64,000 bases of DNA, from NCBI RefSeq assembly GCF_009914755.1, contig NC_060936.1; one strand, 5' to 3'. The position numbers and the translations under genes were made by a program. Numbering within the stretch: the first letter of the stretch is position 1; every line of letters begins with the position of its first letter. The notes beneath the pieces were generated by a model. It was given only the letters and a program-made list of their open reading frames with translations. It did not search any database and was not told the origin of the DNA. Source of the stretch: the human T2T-CHM13v2.0 reference genome, Homo sapiens. This document shows positions 51,764 to 64,000 of the stretch, in pieces.

Positions 51764-52064
51764 GTTGCAGCATGTGCAGACCACGTCCTTTCCAGCTGTA
51801 GTGGTTGCTGCCACGTGTATTACCATGTGGCGACCCGGGGCACAAGTTCTAAATCCTGATATAAACCAGCCCACTGGTGCCCCACCCACTGCACTGGCAC
51901 GGTATGGGGTTTTCCACCCTTGGTCAACCTGAGGCCAGATGTCTAGGGATCACAACTGGCAAGGGAAACCCAAAAGCCATGTTTTCTTAGAACACACCCA
52001 GGCAAGCCCACGTGAAGCTACTGAGTTGTGAAGGAGGATATGAGCCCTCCGGAAAACTTCTCTG

Positions 52065-52320
52065 CTTATTAGAAAAAGCAAAGACTTTGGAACAGGAGGC
52101 AACAGAGTTCAACTCCCAGCACTGACAACTATTAGTTGTTGATATTGGACAATTTATGTGACCTCATGTAGCATAAGTTTCTCAATCTCTGTTCAGTGGA
52201 AATAATAATGCCTGTTTACGGCGTGTATAACATTGATCTCTTACAGGATCAAAGAAACTAGTTTATAACAATCACCTAGCATTATGCCCCCCACAAGGTA
52301 GATAGTTCATAAGTATTAGC
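52065..52320 (+). mobile_element. MIR
   Basis: agagttcaactcccagcactgacaactattagttg...ggacaatttatgtgacctc...aagtttctcaatctct. Confidence 0.7.
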
Positions 52321-52562
52321 TCTTCCCTCATGCCTCATGCTAGATGCACTGGGGAAAACACAGCCCTAATAACCCATCTCCTGTGATAAAGGACCCAGAA
52401 CTCCCAATCAAGAGCACTTGCCCTCGGCCTCCCTCCCTCCCCTCTCCCCCTTCCTTTTTCCCTTCACCCTCCAAAAAAAAAAAAAAAAACAAAACAAAAC
52501 ACTTGACAATTGATACTAGAGTTTTATACCAAAAAATCCAAACTCTTGTCTCTTACATCAAG

Positions 52563-52712
52563 TGATTTAGCTTTATTCTAGATATTGACAATATAATCTT
52601 CAGTTGATTTGATTTGCAAACCATTTGCATAGATTGACATTGATTTAGTTTTATTCTAGATATTGACAACATCATCTCCAGGTGATCTGATTTGTGAGAC
52701 CATTTCTATAGA
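52563..52712. repeat. 78-bp tandem duplication (2 diverged copies)
   Basis: tgatttag(c/t)tttattctagatattgacaa... starts at 52563 and again at 52641. Confidence 0.88.
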
Positions 52713-53520
52713 GTATGCACCAGTAGGCAGGAAGCAGGTGAGCCAGGAAGCAGGTTTCTGCCCACTGATGCACGCATACCCTTCCTAAAATGCACAGTTT
52801 CTGGTTTTTTCTTCAGAATGGCCACTACTTTCCCCATTACCACCCCCAACTCTAATGATCCGCCCAGTGTCCTCATCCACCTGCCTATGGAGGGAACATC
52901 AAGTTGGTACAAAGCTATCCTGCCCCCTAGCCACAATGAATTGGCCCGGGGCCTCCACCTAAGTCAAACAGAGTCATAGTACTTTTTCACTTGAGACCAA
53001 TCGAGTATAAAGCTCTAAGGTGTAACACCCATGAGCTACTAGCAGCAATGTTTAATCCAAATGGAGAAAATATGTAGTGTAACCAACAAATGCTAGAAAG
53101 AGTCAGAGGCAGGAGATAAATGGAGTCCCTATTCCAGTGCTCCTTGAATGCTTATAATAAATTTTCTTTTTCACTTAATCTAGTTCAAGCTGCATTTCTA
53201 TCACTTGCATCCAAAAGAATATTAAAACATACTAACCATGCTTCAGTTTGCAAAGACAATTCTGAAGATGGCAAGAGTGTTTAAATTCTAAATATTAGCT
53301 AAGTGTCTCTTTTGTTCCTTGTACTTTATTTCCACATATTTTGATTTATTCAACAATTATTTATTAATCTTCTGCTATGTTCCAGACACAGTCTCCTTTA
53401 ATCCTTACAACACTATGACTTAGGCGTCGCGATTACCATTTTACAGCCAAGAATACTAAGCTTCAGGGAGTAAACTGTCCAGTCACATGGCTAATATATA
53501 ACATTGTCAGTCTAAGTGCT

Positions 53521-53830
53521 TCTTTCCTTTTCCTTTTTTTTTTTTTCAGAGGGGTCTTGCTCTTTCGCCCAGGCTAGAGTGCAGTGGCACAATCAATCAC
53601 AGCTCACTGCAAGCTCAAGCTCCTGGGCTCAAGCAGTTCTCCTGCCTCAGCCTCCCAATTAGCTGGGACTACAGGTACATGCCACCAAACCAAGCCCAGC
53701 TAAATTTTTTTTTTTTTTAGAGATGAGGTCTCACTGTGTTGCCCAGGCTGGTCTCAAATTCCTGGGCTCCAACAATACTCCCTCCTTGGCCTCCCAAAGC
53801 ACTGGGATTACAGGTGTGAGCCACCATACT
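53521..53830 (-). mobile_element. AluJ-type element
   Basis: cacagctcactgcaagctcaagctcctgggctcaagc...gggattacaggtgtgagccaccatac. Confidence 0.9.
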
Positions 53831-54436
53831 CATCCCATATTTCCTTTGTGGGTTCTCTCTTCCTCATAAAAACTAGCTTTGATTCTATCTCTTGGCGCTC
53901 CAAGAGTCCCGCCTTGGGGCTATTCCTCCCTGCAGTTTCTGACTTCCTGAAACAGAGGCTGTGCCTTCCTCAGCATTAGAGCTGCTTGCTTTCTCAGCTT
54001 GCTTTATTCTAGCATCATCTGACCACACAGATGTGATTTCTACTCAGTGTCACTCCCCACACCTTGCCTTGGGTCTTATGGGAAACCAGAGGTAAAAGAA
54101 GTGATGAAGTGGAGAGAGAGAGGAAAAAAGTATTTCTCTGGCATGATTTTTCTTACCAGGAATTATCTGCCTGCCCACATCAGACACATCCCCCTGCCCT
54201 GGAGAAGAGCTTGACTAGAAGAGGAAGTAGGCCTCGCCTAGCATGGCTCTGAAGCCATTCCCAGAATCTGTAGCTCCTAGATCTGTCTCTGGAGGAAAGC
54301 TACATGTGTCATAGCGAAGGAGAATGATAGAGGGTGAGGGCTTTGGAAAGAGGCATGTGAAATGTACTTGTACTGGGATGAAACTCCAAATTATTAACAT
54401 ATGGCAACTGAGCCCTTTTCTTTAAAACTGATTTAC

Positions 54437-54571
54437 CTGGGAATATCTTCTTCAATTGTTGCACATCCATAAAGAAACACAATCACTCCAATTACAGAAG
54501 ATGGGATGAGGAATGATGTATATAATCCCAGCCAGGCAAAATACAGTCCAATTTTTTCTCCAAAATACTTT
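54437..54571 (-). CDS. ANO2: ANO2/TMEM16B coding exon (135 nt, phase 2-2): [44 protein letters not shown] (first TM segment)
   Basis: Translation matches the anoctamin YFGEKIG-YFAWLG signature and the recalled ANO2 sequence; acceptor ttttccAG (54572-54573) and donor GTaaat (54435-54436). Confidence 0.97.
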
Positions 54572-56624
54572 CTGGAAAAGAAAGAAAAGAAAATGAAACA
54601 CATATTAAGAACATCATATACTTTCCTTATTTCTGTTTGTTCTATGCCTAAGGGTGGGTCAACATAGATATTCATTCCTCTTGTGACGAAAACAAAGGGA
54701 TGGAGGTTGCACGGGGAAGGGGAGGCTTCAGTACAAAGAATCAACAACTGAGCTTTTCTGGAATGACGTGCATTCCATTGGAATCACATTCACACACCTG
54801 TCTTGGCTGTTCATGTGAAATAGCTAGCCAAGAGAAAGAATCCAGCCCCAACAGCAAACTAAAAATATGCCACACATTTTGGCACCTTTACCAAACATGA
54901 ATAACACATCATCATTTCATAAGTGCCATAGCACTCAACCCATAAGAAAACACACCTTTTTGGAACTAGCTTATTTAAACAAAACACACAGATCATATAT
55001 TTGGGCATGTATACTTGGGTATGCAAACCAACATACACACACTTACTGAAAAACGACTAGAAGAAATCCAATAAAATATTAGTAATGGTTTCTTTGGATG
55101 ATGGGCTTATGGGTGGTTTTTATTTCTTTATTTTTAAGCCAGTTTACTGAGGTATGTTGGCATACAAAGAGCTGTACGTGTTGAACATATACAACTTGAT
55201 GAGTTTGCAGATAAGTATACACCCATGAGAACATCACCAATCACTCCATAAAGTTATCCAGTACCTCCAAGTTTCCTTTTGCTCTCACCCTTGTTTTGTT
55301 TAATTAAAAAATTATTTTCTCTTGTGTTAAGAGCAATTAATGTGAGATCTACCCTGTTAGCAGATTTTTAAGTATACAATACAGTATCATTAACTATAGG
55401 CTCTATATTATACAGTAGATCTCCGGGCATATATGTATTGTGTAACTGAAATTTTGTACCTTTTGACCAATATCTCCTCATTTTCCCCTCTCTGCAGCCC
55501 GTTAACCACTATTCTATTCTTTGGATCTATGAGTTTGACGGTTTTAGATTCCTCATAGAGGTGGGATCATGCAGTATTTGTGCTTCTGTGCCTGGCTTAT
55601 TTCACTTAGCATAACGTCCTCCAGGTCCATCCATGTTGCAGCAAATGGCAGGATTTCCTTATTTTTAAGGCTGAATAATATCCATTGTGTGTCCACATTT
55701 TCTTTATCCATGCATCTGTCAATGGATGCTTGGGTGGCTTATACCTTCTGGCAATTGTGAATAATGCTGCTATGAATATAGGAGTGCAGACATCTCCTCA
55801 GGATGTTGACTTTAATTCCTTAAGATATACATCCAAAAGGGAGACTGTTGAATCAAATGGTAATTATATTTTAATTTTTTGAGGAACCTCCATACTGTTT
55901 TCCACAGTGACCGCATTGCCACCAACAGTGAACAAGGGTTCCCTTTTCTCCACATCTGCACCAACACTTTTTATCTTCTGTTGTTGGACAATAGCATTCT
56001 AATAAGTGTGAAGTGATATCTCACTGTGGTTTTGATTTGCATTTCCCTGATGAATTGTGACATTAAACACTTTCTCCTATACCTGTTGGTCATTTGTATG
56101 TCTTCTTTGGTGAAATGTCTATTTAGGTCCTTTACTTAATTTTTTTATCAGGCTATTTGGTTTTTTGTGTGTTTCTTTGTTTTGCCACTGAATTGTAGAA
56201 GTTCCTTATACATGTTGGATATTAATCCCTTACCAGATATATGGTTTGCAAATATTTTCTCCCATTCTGCATATTGACTTTCACTCTGTTGATTGTTTCC
56301 TTTGCTGTGTAGAAGCATTTTAGTTTGATATATTCCCATTTGTCTATTTTTGCTTTTGTTGCTTGTGCTTTCTGTGCCATATCCAAGTCCAATGTGTAGA
56401 AGCTTTTTCCCCCTGTTTTCTTTTAAGAGTTCTATTGTTTCAGGTTTTACATTTAAGTCTTTAATCCATTTTAAGTTGGGTTTTTGTATGGTATAAAATA
56501 AGGGTCCAACTTCATTCTCATGCATGTGGATATCCAGTTTTCCCAATATCATTTATTGAAGAGTAAGTAGTATGAACAGTTTAACAATATTGATTCTTCA
56601 GCTCCATGAACACAAGGTATACTT

Positions 56625-57134
56625 TGTAAACCAAAACTTATTCTGAGACAGGTCTCAATCAATTTAGAAGTTTATTTTGCTAAGGTTAAGGACATGCCTG
56701 GAAGAAAAAAACACAGAGTCACAGAAACAGTCTGTGGTCTGTGCCTTCCTCCAAAGATGAATTTAAGGGTTTCAATATTCATCGGTGCCTTTCTCCAAAG
56801 ATGAATTTAAGGGCTTCAATATTTAAAGGGGAAATATTGGGCTAGTGGGCTGGAGGGGAAAGAGGGAGGGTATGGTATGGTCATCCACATGTTGCAGGAG
56901 AAAATGAGCAGGTAGCAGAATAGTCAATTAAGTATTCATCTTGTGCTCAGCAAATCGGCACTTAATATAAGGTGAACATAGAGCAGCTGCCTGTGGAGAT
57001 ATTTAGCCTTTTATCTGTAGCTGTCTGCTTAGGAACAAAAGGGAGGGCAGCTTCTTGCATCACTCAGCTTTCAGCTTAATTTTTTCATTTTGGCAGAGTG
57101 AACTGGGGTCCCAAGTTTTTATTTTCCTTTCACA
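56625..57134 (-). mobile_element. ERV1 MER4A-family solo LTR nested in L1MA
   Basis: Minus strand TGtgaaaggaaaataaaaacttgggacccc...aataaacttctaaattgattgagacctgtctcag...ggtttaCA; 4-bp flanks actt/cctt. Confidence 0.85.
56741..56823. repeat. ~39-bp direct duplication inside the MER4 LTR
   Basis: gtgcctt(c/t)ctccaaagatgaatttaaggg(t/c)ttcaatatt twice, ~45 bp apart. Confidence 0.85.
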
Positions 57135-58954
57135 CCTTCCTTTTATTTATATCCTCTTTAATTTCTTTTATCAACGTTTTATAGTTTTCAATGTGCAAAT
57201 CTTTCACCCTCTTAGTTAAACTTATTCCTAGGTATTTTATTCTTTTTGGTGCTATTGTGAATGGTACTTTTCTTCTTAGTTTTCTTTTTAGATAGGTTGT
57301 TAGTGCACAGAAATGAAAATGATTTTTGCATGTTGATTTAGTATCCTGCAACTATACTGAATTTATTATTTCTAAAAGTTTTTTGGTAGAGTCTTTAGGG
57401 TTTTCTGCATATGAGATCATGTCATCTGGAAACTAAGGCAATTTTACTTCTTCCTTTCCAATTTGATAGCTTTTATTTCTTTTTCTTGACTAATTGCTCT
57501 TGCTAGAAATACCACGTTGAATGTGAGAGGTAAGAATGGGCATTTTTGCCTTATTCCAGATCTTAGAAAAAAAACTTTTTTTACTATTGAATATGATGTT
57601 AGCCATGAGATTTTCATGAATGACTTCTATTGTGTTGATGTTAGTTCCTTCTATTCCTAATTCATTGACAGTCATGTTCCTTCCATTCCTAACTTGTTGA
57701 GCTGTAAGTTCTTTCTATTTTTAATTTGTTGAGAATTTTAAATCGTGAAACAGTGCTGACTTTTGTCCATTTTTTTTCTCCATCTATTGAGATGTTCATG
57801 TGATTTTTATCTTCATTTATTGATTTGCATATGTTGAACCATCCTTGTATCCCAAGGAAAAAAACCCTTCTTGGTCATGGTGTCTGATCCTTTTAAAGTG
57901 CTGCTGAGTTTGATTTACTACTATTTTGTTGAATAGTTTTGCATCTACGTTCATCAGGGATGTTGACCTATAGTTCTCTTCTTGTAGTGTCTCTGTCTGG
58001 ATTTGGTATCAGGGTGGTGCTTGCCTCAGGAAGAATTTGTAAGTCTCTCCTCTTTTCCTGTTTTTTGGAAGACTTTAAGAAGTATTGGTATTAATTTTTC
58101 TTTGAATGTTTGGAAGGATTCATCCATGAAACTATCTGTTCCTGGGCTTTTCTTTGCTGAGAGTTTTGTTTTGTTTCATTTTGTTTGTTTGTTTTCAATT
58201 ATTGCTTGAATCTACTTATTTGTCATTGGTCTGTACAGGCTTCCTATTTATCCTTGATTCAATCTTGTTGATTATATGGTTCTAAGCATTTATCCATTTA
58301 TTCTAGATTGTCCAATTTGTTGGTGTATAATTGTTCATAATAATTCCTTTTTATTTCTGTAACATCAGGTGCAAAGTCTCATCCTTCATTTCTAATTTTA
58401 TTTATTTGCAACTTCTTTCCTTTTCATTAGTCTAACTAAGGATTCGTCAACAAACTCTTAGCTTCATCAATTTTTTGTTTTTCTGTTTTCATATCCTGTC
58501 TTATATTTATTTATCCCCTAATCTAGATTATTTCTTCCCTCCTGCTAATTTTGGGCTTAGTTTTTTCTTCTTTTGTAGTTACTTGAGATGTAAAATTAAT
58601 TATTTGAGATCTTTCTTCTTCTTAAATGTAGCCATTTACCACTATAAACTTCCTTTTAGTATTGCTTTTGCTGCCTCTCATAAGTTTTAATATGTTGTGC
58701 TTTCATTTTCATTTGTCTTGAGATATTTTCTAATTTCCTTTTTTGATTTATTCTTTGACCTAGATATAGTACTCTTGGTTGGCAGGTTTTTTAAATTTCA
58801 ATACTTTGAATATATCATCCTACTCTCTCCTCACCTGCAAGGTTTCTGCTGAGAAGTCCACTAGTAGCCTTATAATGGTTCCCTTGTTTGTGATAAGTCA
58901 CTTTTTTCTTGTTGCTTTCAAAATTCTCTACTTGACTTTTGAGAATTCAATTTT

Positions 58955-59399
58955 TTTCTTTTTTACATTTATTTATTTTTATTTATTTTATTTATTTATT
59001 TATTTATATTTTTATTATACTTTAAGTTCTAGGGTACATGTGCACAACGTGCAGGTTTGTTACGTATGTATACATGTGCCATGTTCGTGTGCTGCACCCA
59101 TTAACTCGTCATTTACATTAGGTATATCTCTTAATGCTATCCCTCCCCCCTCTCCCCACCCCACAACAGGCCCTGGTGTGTGATGTTCCCCTTCCTGTGT
59201 TCATGTGTTCTCATTGTTCAATTCCCACCAATGAGTGAGAACATGCGGTGTTTGGTTTTTTGTCCTTCTGATAGGTTGCTGAGAATGATGGTTTCCAGCT
59301 TCATCCATGTCCCTACAAAGGACATGAACTCATCATTTTGTATGGCTGCATAGTATTCCATGGTGTATATGTGCCACATTTTCTTAATCCAGTCCATCA
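58955..59399 (-). mobile_element. 5'-truncated L1PA (L1PA4/5-like) 3' end nested in L1MA
   Basis: ttattatactttaagttctagggtacatgtgcacaacgtgcagg...; ORF 59218-59406 = ORF2p C-terminus (WIKKMWHIYTMEYYAA...HRMFSLIGGN); TSD aattcaatttt at 58944-58954 / 59400-59410. Confidence 0.93.
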
Positions 59400-60833
59400 A
59401 ATTCAATTTTAAGGTGACTCAGTGTTAACCTCTTTGGGTTCAATGTACTTGGGTACATTGAGACTTCATGAATTTGGATGTTCATTTCTCTTCCTAGATT
59501 TGGAAAGTTTTTAGCAATTATTCCCTTAATAAGCTTTCTTCCTCTTTTTCTTTCTTTAGTCTCCTTCTGAGTCTCCCAGAATGCATATATTGGTTCACTC
59601 TATGGTGTCCCATAAGATCTTAGGCTTTCTTCACTTTTCAACCTTTCTGTTTTTTCTGTTCTTCCGACTGGATAATTTCAAATGACTTGTCTTTAAGTAC
59701 AATGATTCTTTCTTCTGCTTGACCAAGTATGCTACTGAAGTTCTGTATTAAGTTTTTTAGTTCAGTCATTGTATTCTTCAGTTCTAGGATTTCACTTTGG
59801 CTCTTTTTTATTATTTCTATATGTTTGTTGAACTTCTGATTTTGTTGACATGTTATACTCCTAATTGTGTTTAGCTGTCTGTTCTCTTGCAGCTCATTTA
59901 AGACAATTATTTTGAGTTCTTTGTCAAGCAGATTATGGATATCAATTTATTTAGGGTAAGTTACTGGAGTCTTTTTCAGCTCCTAATAAGGTAGTATCGA
60001 GAATTCCTGATTCTTTGTGATCCTTGTAGCCTTAGAGTGGTGTCTGTGTATTTGAGAAGTAGTCACCTCTTCCAGTTCTTACTGACTGCTTTCAGCAGGC
60101 AAAGACCTTCATCAGTCATGCTGGTCAGAGATTATGGGTGGATCAGCTGCCAGAGTAAGCAGGCAGTGCCTGCGGGCAGACTTAAGCTGGGTGGGGTCCA
60201 AGGGTGGATCTGCTGCCATGGTCCGTGGGTGGGCCTGTTGCCAGAGTCTGTGGGTGGGCTGGCCTGCTGCTGGGTATGTGGGCAGGTGGGCCTGCTTCCA
60301 AGGTCCACTAGAGGACTGGGCTGCTGCGCCACAGACAGAGATTCTGTTGAGATCTGCATGAGAGTAGGGCTGCATTTGGTTTCCATGAGCAGTCAAGTTT
60401 GCTGATGGGTCCACGGGCAGATGAGCAGGGCTGCCCCTGGGTCTGTGGGAAAGTGGGTGGGTCTGTCACCAAGTCCCCTGCTCTGTGGAAGTGGTCATGC
60501 CATTGGGGACATGGGAAGCCAGCTTCCTGTAGGGTCTGTATATGGGCAGAGTTCCTTATGAGCAGTGAACAGGCAGTGCTGTCACTAGGTGTTCAAGTGA
60601 GCAAGGCTGCTTCCAGGCCCATGGCTGGTGGTTCTGCTGCCAGAAAGCATGAGCCTGCATTCTCAGTGAAGTTTTTCTAGGTCTTGAGCTCCACCAGGGT
60701 TCTGCAACCTCTTACCTGAAAACCAGAGCTCTCATAAAGGTCTATTTTGTATATAGATGGTTGCTAAACAGGTGTTTCAGTAGAAGGGTGAGGCCTGGGG
60801 ACTTTCTATTTTGCCATCTTGCTGATGTCACTG

Positions 60834-61140
60834 TATTTCTTTATTTCTATCTTTCTGCACTTAAAATTTTTCTACTTTGTTAATAAATTACTTTTAGAAT
60901 GAAAAGTGATTTCTTGTAAAAAGAAAATTTACCAACTCATATATTTTTATTACAAGTTTATAAAGTTTGTAAATTACCAGTTAAGCCTCTAAAATACAAT
61001 TTCCCCTTAGATAAATATTGACTATGGATGCCTGATGAGAAAAGTACAATCTACCAAGGAGCAATATATTTAATTTCCCAAAAGCCTGTGACGTAAAACA
61101 CAAGAGGGAAATGAGAGCTCTGTCCACACATTGATAGAAG
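60834..61140 (+). repeat. Copy 1 of a >=300-bp direct repeat
   Basis: Aligns with 63698-64000 at an offset of ~2861 bp. Confidence 0.93.
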
Positions 61141-61189
61141 AACTAAAGGGTAAGAAGAACAGTGAATAGGATCTATTTACCCACCACCA

Positions 61190-63620
61190 CAGGTTCTGCT
61201 TCCACTTATGATGCAGACAATTGCAAGAGAATATAGTTCCCAGCCTAACAACAAGAGAAATCTGGATAATCTGTGAAATTATAACTTTGCTTGAGCTCAT
61301 CAGAGAGCTGAAGTTGTAAGGTAACCAGGAGAACTGAATTTTTTTTAAATGCCAAGTCCGTCCAGGGAAAACTGGGATATGTGAATAGTTTTACATTTGA
61401 CAGAGAATGGGAGGATGCGATAGTCCCTGTAAAAGTAAGAAGAAATAGCTAAAATTTTAAAAATTCAGAAAGATGAGTATAAGTTAGCATGACAGAGTGT
61501 AATAACTGGAAGCTTCAAACACAAGAGCAGTTTGCCCTTATGCACAAGGTCATTTCCATAGACCTCATAAGGAAGATAATGGGTAAGGTAAGAGACCAAA
61601 GAGAGTCAGTCCCCTTAAGTTGCACACAGGTATGAAAAACCATGCACTTCCTGGAATCTTCTCTTATTCAAATCGAAAGCCTTAAACGGAAGAAGGGACC
61701 TGACCCAAGGACCTAGGCAAAGACCCACTGCTTCTGAAGCCCGAGATGGGTTGCACATACAGCCGATGGTACTTGGTGGAAAGGGTGGAAACTCTCCTAG
61801 GCCCGAGATTCTGCAAAATTACAAATTAGAAGTCTGTTACTGCTGAGGAAGGGCAGGAAACTGTCTCCCACCCAAGAATCTGTACCAGTAAAGGACAGAG
61901 TTTAATTGTGAGGGGCAGAGGGAGGACATGAATTCTAAGAAACCGTCATTTCTGAGGCTTGAGTGCACAGAGCCTGCCTAAGACTGAGATAGGCATGAGA
62001 ACAAAACTGCCCTATTTCCCTCCACAGCCCCACTTATAGTAAACAAGTGATAAGCTCCATTTATCACTGAGCAACAAACATCAACAGCCTGATTCTAGGG
62101 GAGCGGGAGGGGCATGGAGAAATACCCCATTGTGGCACAGGCATGCAGGGACTGCTGAAATCTGAGAGTGGTAAAGAAACAATGAGGACCAATTCAGCAC
62201 TCCAGGGCTCACACAAAGCATAAGGTAATAGCGTACTATCACTGAAGGAATCTGAAGTTTGTAGTGCAGTGCACTGAAGGTGACTCTTGCAACAACAAAA
62301 CCTCACTCAACTAGATTGACTCAACTCTCCTCACTACTGACCTGATGGAATGGAAGAGGCATGTAGGCATAATACTACTTACCTCAGTTTCCACTGTCAT
62401 TTTATACACAATGTATGGCATTCAATAAACAAATAAAATAAAATAAAATCCCATTGTCAGGAAATAAGGCAATCAATGAAGCTAAGCTTGATTCAGATGT
62501 CAGAATGATGCAATAGGGATTTTTAAATAACTCTAATTAATAGATTAAAGCAGAATCTACTACAAAAGATGTATCAAAAGAAAATACAAAGGGAAAAAAG
62601 AGTGAGGAAAAACAAATCTAGCATTCGAGAGCTGCAGGACAATATCAAAGGATCTATCACACATGTAATTAGAGTTCCAAAAGGATAAAAGAAAGAACAG
62701 AGAAGAATATTTAAATATGTTATGGCTAAGAATTTTCCAAAAGTTACAAAAAAAAAAAAAACAACAAAACACAAATCAACAATGTTCAGAGAACCCATGA
62801 AGAATAAATACAAAAACAAAAATGAAACCCCACATACTTAGATACGTCATAGTCAAATTTCCGAAAACCAAAGATTGAAAGAGAAAAATTTTAATTAAGC
62901 TTGTGGGGGAAGGAAATCAGATACAACAGAAGATCAAAGTCATTATATAGGATTTATAACCAATTTTTTGGCAGAAACTATGCAAGCCAAAAGTTAATAA
63001 AGTGACACCTTAGAGCAGGGGTCCCCAACCCCCAGACCACAGACTGGTACCTGTCCATGTCCAGTTAGGAACCAGGCCACACAGCAGGAGGTGAGCAGCA
63101 GAGTGAACCATCATTACTGCCTGAGCTCTGCTTCCTATCAGATCAGCAGCAGCATTAGATTCTCAAAGGAGCATGAACCCTATTGTGAACTGCGCATGGG
63201 AGGGATCTAGGATGCACACTTCTTATGAGAATCTAATGCCTGATGATCTGAGGTAGAACAATTTCATCCCAAAACTATTCTCCCACTGTCCCCAGCCTGT
63301 GGAAAAATTATCTTCCACGAAACTGATCCCTGGTGCCAAAAAGGTTGCGGACTGCTGCCTTAAAGTATGGAAAGAAAAAAAACTATTAACTTAGAGTACT
63401 ATATATAAATTAAATATCTTTCAAAAATGAAGGCAAAACAATGTCTATTTTAGGGAGTAAAAGCCAAGAGAATTTATTACCAGCAAATGTGAACTGTAAG
63501 AAATGTTAAAGAAAGATCTTTGGGCAAAAGGAATATAATCTCAGTAGAAATTTGGATCTACACAATGAAATAGAGAGTACCGGAAATGGTGAAAACAATG
63601 ACAAGTAAGAGATATTTTTG
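61190..63620 (+). mobile_element. Old L1M 5' region (5'UTR/ORF1 relic)
   Basis: aaatgttatggctaagaattttccaaa, catagtcaaatttccgaaaaccaaag and gcagaaactatgcaagccaaaag resemble degraded ORF1. Confidence 0.65.
63016..63357 (+). mobile_element. MER1B (hAT-Charlie MITE)
   Basis: caggggtccccaacccc...aaaggttgcggactgctg terminal inverted repeats; 8-bp TSD ccttagag/ccttaaag. Confidence 0.9.
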
Positions 63621-63697
63621 CTATTAATTCCTTTAAAAGGCAATTCACTACCTAAAGTATGCTTTCTCAATCACCATTTCTGAAACACCATCACCAT

Positions 63698-64000
63698 TAT
63701 TTCTGCATTTCTTTCTGTATTTTAAATGTTTCTACTTTGTTAATAAATCACTTTTAAAATTAAAATCGATTTCTTTTGAAAACAAAATTTACCAATTCAT
63801 TATATTTTTTATTCCAAGTTTATAAAGTTTGTAAATTACCAGTTAAGCCTCTAAAAAGCAATTTCCCCTTAGATAATATTAATTATGGATGTCTGAGGAG
63901 AAAAATGCAATCTACCAAGGAGCAATATATTTCATTTCTCAAAAGCCTGTGAGATAAAACACAAGAGGGAAATGAGAGCTCTGTCCACCTTAATGGAAGG
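63698..64000 (+). repeat. Copy 2 of a >=300-bp direct repeat (runs off the window end)
   Basis: Shares the exact 42-mer caagtttataaagtttgtaaattaccagttaagcctctaaaa and taaaacacaagagggaaatgagagctctgtccac with copy 1. Confidence 0.93.

Larger units (their letters stand above)
55134..60833 (-). mobile_element. L1MA (L1MA9-like) element retaining both ends, internally deleted, with nested insertions
   Basis: 5' end (minus) cagtgacatcagcaagatggc; ORF2-like remnants (ORFs 56148-56552, 57130-57351, 57490-57675); L1MA 3'UTR; 13-bp TSD tatttctttattt at 55121-55133 and 60834-60846. Confidence 0.85.

Noticed and set aside
51890-51925. Plus-strand peptide ALARYGVFHP resembling the anoctamin WARYGVF motif
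   Set aside because: Wrong strand, only six residues, no splice sites or further homology; best explained as chance.
51369-51932. His/Thr-rich and Cys/Val-rich ORFs
   Set aside because: Translation artefacts of the 58-bp CA/TG minisatellite.
60037-60680. GC-richer stretch with ORFs on both strands
   Set aside because: Lies in the degenerate repetitive 5'UTR of the L1MA element; no recognisable protein.

Overview
Primate (human-like) genomic DNA from the interior of ANO2 (anoctamin 2 / TMEM16B, Ca2+-activated chloride channel), transcribed on the minus strand. Five coding exons can be read with canonical AG/GT boundaries and consistent phases: 54437-54571, 47759-47919, 42913-42995, a 12-nt microexon (ERAQ) at 36462-36473 that the ORF track cannot show, and 36116-36226. 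They splice to ...KYFGEKIG...EEDIPS-REMCDQ...[12 protein letters not shown]...GIEEEE-ERAQ-EHSRPE...ECGDE. I found no further ANO2 exon in 1-36115 or 54572-64000. The introns are dense in transposon relics: a 3'-truncated L1PA with intact 5'UTR, old L1M elements, Alus, MaLR/ERV LTRs, L2, MIR and hAT DNA transposons; subfamily names come from recalled consensus sequences, and boundaries of old elements are approximate. No rRNA, tRNA, CRISPR or prokaryotic system is present, and I cannot support a wholly new biological system. The strongest leads are RNA-processing features: a candidate (UG)21-associated poison cryptic exon just upstream of an ANO2 exon, a second UG-rich cryptic exon / intronic poly(A) module, the microexon architecture, a NAGNAG acceptor, and an L1 antisense promoter/ORF0 pointing in the ANO2 sense direction. 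Structural oddities include a >=300-bp duplication 2.86 kb apart, a trimeric Alu and hairpin-containing minisatellites.
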